Below, in pieces: positions 1-7,704 of a stretch of DNA of 64,000 nucleotides (position 1 is its first letter; each line of letters begins with the position of its first letter). The stretch spans positions 1,406-65,405 of the forward strand of contig CAZNEH010000002.1 of assembly GCA_964572175.1 (NCBI GenBank). Reading direction: 5' to 3'. Made by a program: the position numbers and the translations under genes. The notes below the pieces were generated by a model. That model saw only the letters and a program-made list of their open reading frames with translations, had not been told where the DNA came from and searched no databases. The DNA is from an uncultured Gammaproteobacteria bacterium. Its GTDB lineage: Bacteria; Patescibacteriota; Patescibacteriia; UBA9570; CAZNEH01.

Positions 1-1
1 A

Positions 2-580
2 TTTGATAACCCTGTTCTTCAGCCTTATTTTAAAAACTTTAAAATAGACAGCTTGCCTCAGCTTGATATTTTAGCAGAAATAGAAAAAGAAATAGGTTTT
101 AGAATTAAATTAGATAGCGTTGGTCAATCTACTCTTGGTTTTGGTAAATCTGGCTCAGGCTTAGACGCTATTAATTATTATCGCACCAAGCAATTTGAAA
201 AACTAGCTAATTATTGTATAGACGATGTTAAGGTCACTCGCTATGTTTACGAGTACGGCCTTAATCAAGGTCACCTCTGGTATTCTACTGGGGGAAACCT
301 CACTCCTATTCCTTCTTCTTGGAAACAAGAGTCTACTGTTGGAGAAATCATAGACCAGGCCTTTAAAAAACATCACCGCATTAAAATAAGATATTATACT
401 GTTGACGATAACGGCAGTCGACAAATTACAGACCAAGAAGTCGACATTTTAGAAAAAGACGCTAAACGTCTCAAGGCTTTTTGCCATAAAACTTCCAATA
501 AAAAAGATTTTATTATAAAAAATATATTAACCGCGGAAAACACTCAACAAGTTTACGCCCACCAAAGCTCCCTCATATAA
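2..580 (+). CDS. DnaQ-like (DEDDy) 3'-5' exonuclease domain protein, C-terminal part; ORF is open to the window edge, so it is 5'-truncated
   Basis: Frame is open from nt 2. YCIDDVKVT matches the Exo III motif (Y-x3-D) of PolA/RNase D-type exonucleases. AT-rich host-like codon usage. Confidence 0.35.
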   Translation, partial: FDNPVLQPYFKNFKIDSLPQLDILAEIEKEIGFRIKLDSVGQSTLGFGKSGSGLDAINYYRTKQFEKLANYCIDDVKVTRYVYEYGLNQGHLWYSTGGNLTPIPSSWKQESTVGEIIDQAFKKHHRIKIRYYTVDDNGSRQITDQEVDILEKDAKRLKAFCHKTSNKKDFIIKNILTAENTQQVYAHQSSLI

Positions 581-609
581 ATCCTGCGAAGCTAGCGTAG
601 CAGACTAGG

Positions 610-638
610 TTGCAAAATTAGTTAATATCAGCTAAGAT
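610..638 (+). promoter_or_regulatory. sigma70-like promoter TTGCAA-N17-TAAGAT upstream of the island A gene
   Basis: TTGCAA at 610-615, 17-nt spacer, TAAGAT at 633-638. AAGGAGG SD at 683-689 is 8 nt before the GTG at 698. Confidence 0.35.
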
Positions 639-697
639 ATACCCCTGTTTCACTCGTTCCTTCCCCCCCCAAAAAAGTCCTCAAGGAGGTCTTTATC

Positions 698-1723
698 GTG
701 CCCGACTACGAAATTCGTATGATGGATCGTCCGCTCAACGGGCCGGTCGTCGCTCTGGCTACTGGTACCACTGGTCCCAACGACCCTCTCTCTCCAGAGA
801 ACATCGCCGACATCATGGGAGACTACGACATCGGCCCCAAGATCACGGTCTGGCGCATTCCGCCTGGTCAGATCAATCTTCCCAAGCTGGCTGGCCATCG
901 CGCTCCCTGGGACTTCATCGTCATCGAGGGTGAGCATGGCTCCGTGGTCCTGGTCAACTGGCATGGTCCGGGTCATCTGTGGTCGCCCACCGGTGTGCCC
1001 TGGAAGCAGCTGGTCGCCAGCCTCATCTTCTTCGGCGTCACCCACCTGATCAACTCCAGCGCCGTCGGTACCTACGTCGGTGACAAGCTCTACAACGAGG
1101 GTATGTACGTCGGCGACCTGGCCATCCTCGAGCAGCTTCACTGCAACGAGCAGGACTTTGCCTTCTTCGAGAAGCCGCCTCTCCATCTTCCCTTCGCTCA
1201 GCCCTTCTGCTCCATGCTCAACAACATGGTCGCCACCGTGGCTAGCGAAAATCAGGATTTGGGCATGGTTCATCGAGGGGCCTGGTACTACACGATCAAG
1301 GGGCCTCGCTTCGCCACCGCGGCCGAGTCTATGACTCGCAAGAACATGGGCTTCCACCTTTCGGGCATGACCTACGGTCGAGTTGCCGTCCTCCTGCGCG
1401 AGGCCGGTATTCACACTACCACCATCTGCAAGATCGTAGACCAAGATGCCTGGCATGTGCTCATGGCTCAGCGCTCTGGTCAGGAGGTTAGCGTCGAGCA
1501 GGTCGAGCATGCTCTTGGTGAAGCTGGTCCCAAGTGTGCTCGCCTTCAGGTCAGGACTGCTGGCTACCTTCTGGCTCAATTGTCCCATGGTCGAGGAGAG
1601 CCTTCTCGTCGAGAGCTGGCGTGCTCCAACTGCACTCCTGGTCTGCGCAAGAACTTCCATGGCGACTTGAACAACCTCAACTCGGACCAGCGCCAGCTCT
1701 TGGACTTCCTCGAGCGTCGCTAG
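698..1723 (+). CDS. purine nucleoside phosphorylase / 5'-methylthioadenosine phosphorylase family protein (PNP_UDP_1 fold); GC-rich island A
   Basis: HGPGHLWSP, GVTHLINSSAVGTY, HLPFAQPFC and TIKGPRFATAAESMTRKNMGFHLSGMTYGRVAVLLREAGIHTTTICKIVDQDAW align block-by-block with MTAP/PNP. GTG start with strong SD. About 60% GC versus about 35% in the flanks. Confidence 0.75.
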   Translation: MPDYEIRMMDRPLNGPVVALATGTTGPNDPLSPENIADIMGDYDIGPKITVWRIPPGQINLPKLAGHRAPWDFIVIEGEHGSVVLVNWHGPGHLWSPTGVPWKQLVASLIFFGVTHLINSSAVGTYVGDKLYNEGMYVGDLAILEQLHCNEQDFAFFEKPPLHLPFAQPFCSMLNNMVATVASENQDLGMVHRGAWYYTIKGPRFATAAESMTRKNMGFHLSGMTYGRVAVLLREAGIHTTTICKIVDQDAWHVLMAQRSGQEVSVEQVEHALGEAGPKCARLQVRTAGYLLAQLSHGRGEPSRRELACSNCTPGLRKNFHGDLNNLNSDQRQLLDFLERR

Positions 1724-1757
1724 CTCACCCTGGGCCCACGCAGTCTAACATCAAAAC

Positions 1758-1795
1758 GGGCGCTCCTCCCTCGAGGACCGCCCATCTTTTTTTTT
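1758..1795 (+). terminator. intrinsic terminator of the island A gene
   Basis: GGGCGCTCC / GGACCGCCC stem with an 8-nt loop, followed by ATCTTTTTTTTT. Confidence 0.6.
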
Positions 1796-1806
1796 GCTTT
1801 AAACCC

Positions 1807-2082
1807 CTAAAGCATTGAAATAAATTGTGATGCTAACTGAACTTTCTGAAACCAGTTTTTATTTTTCTGAACGGTCTTTATTTTTTTTCTCTTAATTTGC
1901 TTAACCGGTTGAGCGTAGGCTCTCTTAATACTAGGTCCGAATAACTCGACTAATACTTTTTCCGGGGTATTAAGGAACTGTCCGATTGTTCTTATCTCCA
2001 AAGCTTTTAGAACCCTAGCGGTACGTTTTCCAATACCCGGAAGGTATTCTACTGGTAAATTAGATTTTTTGGAGTAAGACAT
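1807..2082 (-). CDS. helix-hairpin-helix DNA-binding protein (ComEA-like HhH)
   Basis: LPGIGKRTARVL is an HhH GIG motif. Small basic protein. Confidence 0.5.
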   Translation of the reverse strand: MSYSKKSNLPVEYLPGIGKRTARVLKALEIRTIGQFLNTPEKVLVELFGPSIKRAYAQPVKQIKRKKIKTVQKNKNWFQKVQLASQFISML

Positions 2083-2170
2083 ATTTTTATATTTTTAATT
2101 TTATTATGAAACCTTGAGTGATTTTAGCCCTCGACTTTAGTCGGGGAGATAAAATCGTACCGAAAGGTTT

Positions 2171-2800
2171 TTAGGCGTTAAATTTTCTAATGATTCCAAC
2201 CACCTTACCCTGAATAATTACATTCTTAACTTTAAGCGGCTCATAGTTTTTATTTCTAGGTTGTAATCTAATATAATTTTTCTCTTTATGAAATTCTTTT
2301 AACGTTGCTGACCCATCTTCTAATAAGGCGACAACAATATCTCCGTTGCTTGCATAGTCTTTTTTCTCTACTACTACATAGTCTCCATCAGCAATTAAAC
2401 TTTCTACCATAGAGTCTCCCTTAACTCTTAACAAATATGTATTAGGATTTTTCACTAACTCTGGAGGTACGGCCATAGTCTCTGTCTTATCTTCTACAGC
2501 TTCGATTGGTTCACCTGCCGTAATTAATCCGGCTACTGGTAATCGATAAGCGGCGTCTTCATCAGTGTGTGTTTCTTCCATATCTGGGCTAGTGATCATG
2601 ATGTCTCTAGCCTTATTTTCACCCCTACTTAGATATCCACTTTCTTCTAATTCTTTTAAATGTTGATGAACCGTAGACTTAGAAGATACTTTTAGTTTTT
2701 TAGCTATTTCCTCTAAAGTGGGGGAATAACCGTTCTTTTGGATGTATTTAACTATAAAATCAATGATTTTCTTCTTCTTTGGGGTTAGTTGTGGAGACAT
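2171..2800 (-). CDS. lexA: LexA repressor (S24 peptidase)
   Basis: N-terminal winged-HTH. C-terminal S24 domain has the GDSM Ser nucleophile and a downstream Lys. Typical length of 209 aa. Confidence 0.9.
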   Translation of the reverse strand: MSPQLTPKKKKIIDFIVKYIQKNGYSPTLEEIAKKLKVSSKSTVHQHLKELEESGYLSRGENKARDIMITSPDMEETHTDEDAAYRLPVAGLITAGEPIEAVEDKTETMAVPPELVKNPNTYLLRVKGDSMVESLIADGDYVVVEKKDYASNGDIVVALLEDGSATLKEFHKEKNYIRLQPRNKNYEPLKVKNVIIQGKVVGIIRKFNA

Positions 2801-2822
2801 ATTTGTTTTTTTAATATTCTTA

Positions 2823-2851
2823 TGTTATCTTAAGAATACCCGAACAGAAAC
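2823..2851 (-). promoter_or_regulatory. lexA promoter (minus strand TTGACG-N17-TATTCT) with an embedded candidate SOS box GTTCGGTTTCTGTTCGG (GTTC-N7-GTTC)
   Basis: The reverse complement of 2823-2851 reads TTGACG TTCGGTTTCTGTTCGGG TATTCT. recA at 40394-40422 has the same architecture. Confidence 0.5.
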
Positions 2852-2898
2852 CGAACGTCAATAGCCACCTGTGGATAAAATGTTTATTAACTAATTAT

Positions 2899-2941
2899 AG
2901 CTACCCTCTCCACAAGAGGTGGAGAGGGGCTGGGGGAGAGG
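2899..2941 (+). repeat. GC-rich palindromic intergenic element, copy 1 (CCCTCTCCAC-loop-GGTGGAGAGGG + GCTGGGGGAGAGG tail)
   Basis: Nearly identical 45 nt to 15250-15292. Family of 6 copies. Confidence 0.7.
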
Positions 2942-2942
2942 C

Positions 2943-3977
2943 ATGAATATTAAACAAAAACTAAAAATATTAGGCCAAGCTGCGGCTCACGACACTTGTG
3001 ATCCTGGTTGTAAATTATTAAAAGTATTAATGAGTAATGCTTGTGTTAATAATTGTAAATATTGTGCTTCTCGCCGCGAAAACAATATCGAAAGAGCAAC
3101 ATTCGAACCTGAAGAATTAGCCAGACTTTTTATGCAGCTCGTTAGAAAAAAATGGGTCTATGGAATTTTTCTAAGCTCAGCCGTCATCGGTACGACAAAC
3201 TACACCATGAAGCAAATGATCCAATGTGTATATCTAATTCGTAGTTGGGGATTTGGCGGATACATTCATCTAAAAGTTTTACCTGGCGCCGGCGAAGATA
3301 TTTTAGAGTATGCTTCTAAGTTAGTTGATCGCATGAGCGTAAACCTCGAAGCGCCTGGATCTAAATTTTTAAAACAAACCTGCCCAGACAAAAATTATTA
3401 CTCTGACCTACTCAAGCCCATGCAGTTTAATAAGACTTTAAATTTAAATCATGGCCAAACCACTCAAATGGTCGTGGGTGCCACTGACGAGCGTGATCAA
3501 GATATTTTAGATGTTTCCGACAATCTTTATTCTGACATGAAACTTAAGCGAGTTTACTATTCTGCTTTTCAACCTATTAACCAAGAGGGTCAAGGCGGGG
3601 TTCTTCCGCCATCTAGAGCCAAACGAGAATGGCGTCTTTATCAGGCCGATGCTTTATTACGATTTTATGGGTTCAACAAACAAGACTTTGTTTATAATGA
3701 TAAAAAGAATCTATACCTTACCATGGACCCCAAACAAGCCTGGGCTAAACAAAATTTATCCAAACCCATAGAAATTAACCAAGCTGATCGCGACTTATTA
3801 ATGAAAATACCCGGAATCGGCCCTAAAACGGCTGACAACATCTTAGATTTTCGTAAATCCAAGTGCATTACCCAAGATTATGAGCTAAAAAAGCTTAAAT
3901 TAAATATTCCCAAAGCTAGAGATTACCTTTTATTACAAGGGAAGATGTTGCCACAGCAGTTGACCTTTTTGTCATAA
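2943..3977 (+). CDS. radical SAM protein with C-terminal HhH motif, putative DNA repair/modification rSAM; divergent from lexA
   Basis: CVNNCKYC is the CxxxCxxC radical-SAM motif. IPGIGPKTADNIL is an HhH motif. Start is taken at MNIKQ (2943), because the ORF-track N-terminus MERGWGRG is translation of the palindromic repeat. Confidence 0.7.
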   Translation: MNIKQKLKILGQAAAHDTCDPGCKLLKVLMSNACVNNCKYCASRRENNIERATFEPEELARLFMQLVRKKWVYGIFLSSAVIGTTNYTMKQMIQCVYLIRSWGFGGYIHLKVLPGAGEDILEYASKLVDRMSVNLEAPGSKFLKQTCPDKNYYSDLLKPMQFNKTLNLNHGQTTQMVVGATDERDQDILDVSDNLYSDMKLKRVYYSAFQPINQEGQGGVLPPSRAKREWRLYQADALLRFYGFNKQDFVYNDKKNLYLTMDPKQAWAKQNLSKPIEINQADRDLLMKIPGIGPKTADNILDFRKSKCITQDYELKKLKLNIPKARDYLLLQGKMLPQQLTFLS

Positions 3978-4019
3978 AATAGTAAAACTAAAAGGCACCT
4001 TCCAACATCGGAGTCCTCC

Positions 4020-4943
4020 ATGGACAAGTTTCTTCACTTCGCCTTCGGCCGATACTCCCGCATCCGTCGAGGCATCTTCTTCTGCATCATGTTCATCCTC
4101 TTCCTCTTCACCATCTCCTACCCTTTCCTCCTGGCTGCCGCGTACTTCCTCATCCTCCTGCTCATCGACTTCAAGATCTGCCACCACTACATGTCCAAGA
4201 TGCCGTCCGATGGTCAGTGGAGTCTGAGGCGGACTGGTGCGCAGATGATCTTCGCCGAAGAAGGTCTCTCCTTCTATCGTGACGCATTCCTGCGCTATCA
4301 AAAGACAGAGCAGCATCGCATCCGTGAAGAAGGGGAGCAGCGCCAGCGTGAGGCCCGGGCTCTTCGTCTCCAGCGCCAGCAGAAGCACGAGCGTCGCATC
4401 CTCGATCTCATCGTCTTAGCCCAGGAAGTGGTCTCCAAGAAGGTCATGGTTCTTCTCCCTCCGGAGATGCAGTGGCTGTGTTCTATCGACGAGCTCACCA
4501 GCTTCCTGCAGGCTGGAGACAACGCTCGCCTGACCAGCTTCCAGACCGCTGCTCAGCGAGCTATCGAACTTTCTATTTGGCTTCAACGGGCTAGGATCGT
4601 CAAGGTCGAGGTCAAGTTCATCAAACTGGTCCGCAAGAATCACGTCCAGGAAGCTAGGGCACTGGTAGTAGAAGCTGAGAGCTACGCCGTTGCCTTGGAG
4701 CAAGCCAAGGAACTGGGTATCCGGCACACCCCAAACATCCCCATCGGCGACCTTAGAGCCTTGATCCAACACTTCGAGAAGATCAAGGGCCGCAATCGGC
4801 AGATCCTGGTCTGGCAGCAACAGATCGATCAAGGCGATCCCAGGCAGCGCAAACTTCTGACCGCGGTCCAAGCCGCAGTCAAGGGCACTGACCGTCAGTG
4901 GCGCAAGGCCGTCTACGACTTGGAGCAAGCGCTCGAAGCGTGA
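4020..4943 (+). CDS. hypothetical membrane-anchored coiled-coil protein; GC-rich island B
   Basis: Two N-terminal TM helices, then a long Arg/Glu/Gln-rich helical region. About 55% GC. GGAG SD 6 nt upstream. No terminator separates it from the upstream rSAM gene. Confidence 0.55.
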   Translation: MDKFLHFAFGRYSRIRRGIFFCIMFILFLFTISYPFLLAAAYFLILLLIDFKICHHYMSKMPSDGQWSLRRTGAQMIFAEEGLSFYRDAFLRYQKTEQHRIREEGEQRQREARALRLQRQQKHERRILDLIVLAQEVVSKKVMVLLPPEMQWLCSIDELTSFLQAGDNARLTSFQTAAQRAIELSIWLQRARIVKVEVKFIKLVRKNHVQEARALVVEAESYAVALEQAKELGIRHTPNIPIGDLRALIQHFEKIKGRNRQILVWQQQIDQGDPRQRKLLTAVQAAVKGTDRQWRKAVYDLEQALEA

Positions 4944-4950
4944 GACAAAG

Positions 4951-4988
4951 GGAGCTACCTCCTCGTGAGCTAGCTCCTGTTTTTTTTA
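4951..4988 (+). terminator. intrinsic terminator of the island B gene
   Basis: GGAGCTA...TAGCTCC stem followed by TGTTTTTTTT. Confidence 0.6.
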
Positions 4989-5204
4989 TTCTATCTTTAG
5001 ATTTTTGCATAAACGATCCACCTTCTTATTTAGCCTTTCAAACTTATCTTCAGGTATTTTTTTCTCATGTTTAATTATCTGACAAACTGGCTTTCCATAT
5101 TTTTCAATCACTAATATTATATCTTTATAATAAACTTCATTAATCAAAGACCCAATATTAGCCCTTAAATCCATTAAGCTAACTGTTTTTACTTGTTTTT
5201 TCAT
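4986..5204 (-). CDS. Phd/YefM-family antitoxin-like protein; no cognate toxin adjacent
   Basis: N-terminal KTVSLMDLRANIGSLINEV and the IIVIEKYGKPVCQII beta-strand pattern are typical of Phd/YefM. 72 aa. Confidence 0.55.
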   Translation of the reverse strand: MKKQVKTVSLMDLRANIGSLINEVYYKDIILVIEKYGKPVCQIIKHEKKIPEDKFERLNKKVDRLCKNLKIE

Positions 5205-5271
5205 ATAAAATGTATTAATTATTATAATATTATATATTAATTATATCAATTCTATTTAAATTATCAATACA

Positions 5272-5300
5272 TTGACGAAAGGCCCATTTTTTGCTATAAT
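5272..5300 (+). promoter_or_regulatory. promoter TTGACG-N17-TATAAT (extended -10 TGCTATAAT) for the 5307 gene
   Basis: Consensus spacing. ATG lies 6 nt after the -10, so the mRNA may be leaderless. Confidence 0.5.
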
Positions 5301-5306
5301 TAGCAT

Positions 5307-7628
5307 ATGGAAAGAAGATTTAGTCGACAATTAGAAGATAAAAAGAAAAAAGCTAAGGACAGATTATTATATGCTGGGTTAATTTCTTTGTTTGTTCATG
5401 GAGCCGCTCCAGTAGCCATGGAAAGTGATAAAATAATGGATAGAGTTCGCATAGAGCTACGTACAGACGACGTAGCTGTTTTAGTTAAGGATATTAACGC
5501 TCAATTAGAACAAGGCCAAGGCATTGAAGACATGGATGGTTTTTTATTACAATCTGAATATTTAGAACAAGGTTTTTCTCAAGAAGAATTAGAATTAGCC
5601 ACTAGAGAATTAAATAGAATTATTACTCAGGCCCAAGAATTAAAAGATCAAGGAAAAAGTAAACAAGAAATTGCTGATTATTTATTATCTGAACAAGGAG
5701 AGTATAATAAACATCAAAATTCTTTAATAGAATTATTAATCAAGTCTAAAGCTTCCCCCGAAGAAATAGATTCTGAGGACACTGGTCTAGAAAGAGATTA
5801 TCGATCTGGAGATTGCCAAGCTCGGTGGAAGCTATTAACTGCTGCTTGGTCAGAAATCTTTCCTGAAGATACTGAACAGATTAAAACCCAAGTTTTTAAT
5901 GGAGCGGACAACGATGGCGATGGTCGGCCAGATAATCCTGGTCATGTTCGAGTAGCCATTACCCTAGACGATGGCCAAGAGCTAGTTGTTGAAGGAAGAA
6001 ATAGTTTTATTGAACCATCAAGTGAATTATCTTTAGACACTTCTGAAATGTTAGCTACTGGCTATTTAGCCCAACATGGTCTTTACGAACATGGTCAAGG
6101 AAACATGCAAGGAGTATCAACAAAAAAATTACACGATTCTTTATTTACCTTTCCATCATCTCCAGTCACTTATTCGGCTTGGGAAAATCCAGACGACCAG
6201 CCAAGTCCTTTTTATTCTAATCCTGATCGTAATGAATATGTAGTTGAGTATATTCCTACTAATACTTTAACTTTAGATAATATTAAAGAAAAGAAGTTGT
6301 ATCATGGAGATGTAGCAAAATTTACAGACATAGACACAGAGGTTCTTAAGGCCTTGGTCAATAATGACTCAATGGATCCTGACACAAGACAAGCTATAAT
6401 TTATAGATTTAATAGCCTTCCTGGGTTTGAGTCTGTTAATTCCTTAAGATCAGAAGAGGTGGCTAATTTATTAGTTCAAATAGATAGTTTAAACAACGTA
6501 TCTTTAACTGAAGTCGGGTCTGAATCAATTCTTAAAATAATAACAGATAAAGCATTTTATTTACGCTTTGGGTATGAGATTAGTCCCTCAGAAGCAATTA
6601 TTATTAATCAAGGAAACAGCTACCATGTAAATTTATCTGGCCCCCAAAATCCACAGGCCATCAAAGAATTAGACAAAAAAGACCTTTCTTTATTAGGTGT
6701 TATTTCTGATAGTGTATATAGCGTACCATCCCAAGAATGGCCAGAATTTACTGAAGAAATGGCCCAGGCTTTTTTAGATAAACCAAGAGAGCATGTTAGT
6801 ATCAGAGGTTATAAAATAGATTCGTCAGTTATTGATATTTTAGTTCAAGCTGATATAAAAAGTTTATCAATTTATGAATACTACGCCTCTGACAACACTG
6901 TTATTGAAAAATTGCACCAAGGTAAATTCAATCATCTAACTATTAATGCTCCCATTGATGATTTTCAAGCAAGTCTTTTTGTTAATAGCGCTATCCCATC
7001 ATTTCGCTTTCAAGAAATAACAAGAGGAGGATATGACTTACTAGTTGAAGCCGGGAAAAAAGTTGAAGTTAAAAAAATTACAGAAGAAAAAGAAAGTGGC
7101 TGGGGAGAGCAAAATGACCAAAAATATTTTACTGGCATCGAAGAATATTTATCTAAGGGCCAAGGGTATGTCCTAAGCATTAGCTCTGATCAGAATAGCC
7201 CCAATATGCCGAATCTTGTTAGCTCTGGACAACAAGAAATAGAAAATACAATTAAGAATTTTCCAATTTATCTGGTTAATATATCAGATGTCACTCTAAC
7301 TCCTGAAAGAATGAGAACAATTCTTCAAGACCCAAAAACAGACACATTAACCCTAATTAAGACAAAAGTTAAAAAGGAAGCTTGGAAAGAAATAGCTCAG
7401 AGCAATATTGTTGTACTAGTCTTAGAGAATGTTTATAACATTGATTATTCTCAATTAGCCAAAAGTAATATAGAGAAGCTCCATTTACATCATTGTGGCA
7501 TAACTTTTGAAGCCGCCAAAAAATTAATAGGTAGTCAAATTAAAGAAGTTCATATTAATATAAATAGTCCTGAGGCTGGGGGGCTTAAAGAAATTTTAGA
7601 AGCCGAAGGAATAAAGGTGGTAATGTAA
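5307..7628 (+). CDS. hypothetical protein (773 aa)
   Basis: Long AT-rich ORF. DNDGDGRPDNPGH looks like a Ca-binding segment. No confident family assignment. Confidence 0.6.
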   Translation: MERRFSRQLEDKKKKAKDRLLYAGLISLFVHGAAPVAMESDKIMDRVRIELRTDDVAVLVKDINAQLEQGQGIEDMDGFLLQSEYLEQGFSQEELELATRELNRIITQAQELKDQGKSKQEIADYLLSEQGEYNKHQNSLIELLIKSKASPEEIDSEDTGLERDYRSGDCQARWKLLTAAWSEIFPEDTEQIKTQVFNGADNDGDGRPDNPGHVRVAITLDDGQELVVEGRNSFIEPSSELSLDTSEMLATGYLAQHGLYEHGQGNMQGVSTKKLHDSLFTFPSSPVTYSAWENPDDQPSPFYSNPDRNEYVVEYIPTNTLTLDNIKEKKLYHGDVAKFTDIDTEVLKALVNNDSMDPDTRQAIIYRFNSLPGFESVNSLRSEEVANLLVQIDSLNNVSLTEVGSESILKIITDKAFYLRFGYEISPSEAIIINQGNSYHVNLSGPQNPQAIKELDKKDLSLLGVISDSVYSVPSQEWPEFTEEMAQAFLDKPREHVSIRGYKIDSSVIDILVQADIKSLSIYEYYASDNTVIEKLHQGKFNHLTINAPIDDFQASLFVNSAIPSFRFQEITRGGYDLLVEAGKKVEVKKITEEKESGWGEQNDQKYFTGIEEYLSKGQGYVLSISSDQNSPNMPNLVSSGQQEIENTIKNFPIYLVNISDVTLTPERMRTILQDPKTDTLTLIKTKVKKEAWKEIAQSNIVVLVLENVYNIDYSQLAKSNIEKLHLHHCGITFEAAKKLIGSQIKEVHININSPEAGGLKEILEAEGIKVVM

Positions 7629-7640
7629 TAGAATATATGT

Positions 7641-7669
7641 TTGACTAAAAGTCAAAAATTTGCTATAAT
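7641..7669 (+). promoter_or_regulatory. promoter TTGACT-N17-TATAAT (TGCTATAAT) for the S8 protease gene
   Basis: The palindrome TTTGACTAAAAGTCAAA overlaps the -35. Confidence 0.5.
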
Positions 7670-7704
7670 ACATATGTAGTCAAAAAACAAAAATAAAATT
7701 AAAA

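Noticed and set aside
650-1660. 336-aa minus-strand ORF antisense to the MTAP-like gene
   Set aside because: Lies within the 60% GC island, where stop codons are rare in every frame. No homology. The plus-strand frame has clear PNP-family homology and an SD.
3972-4928. Minus-strand ORFs (3972-4388, 4298-4522, 4416-4928) antisense to the island B gene
   Set aside because: GC-driven open frames. Ala/Arg/Gly-rich low-complexity translations with no start signals.
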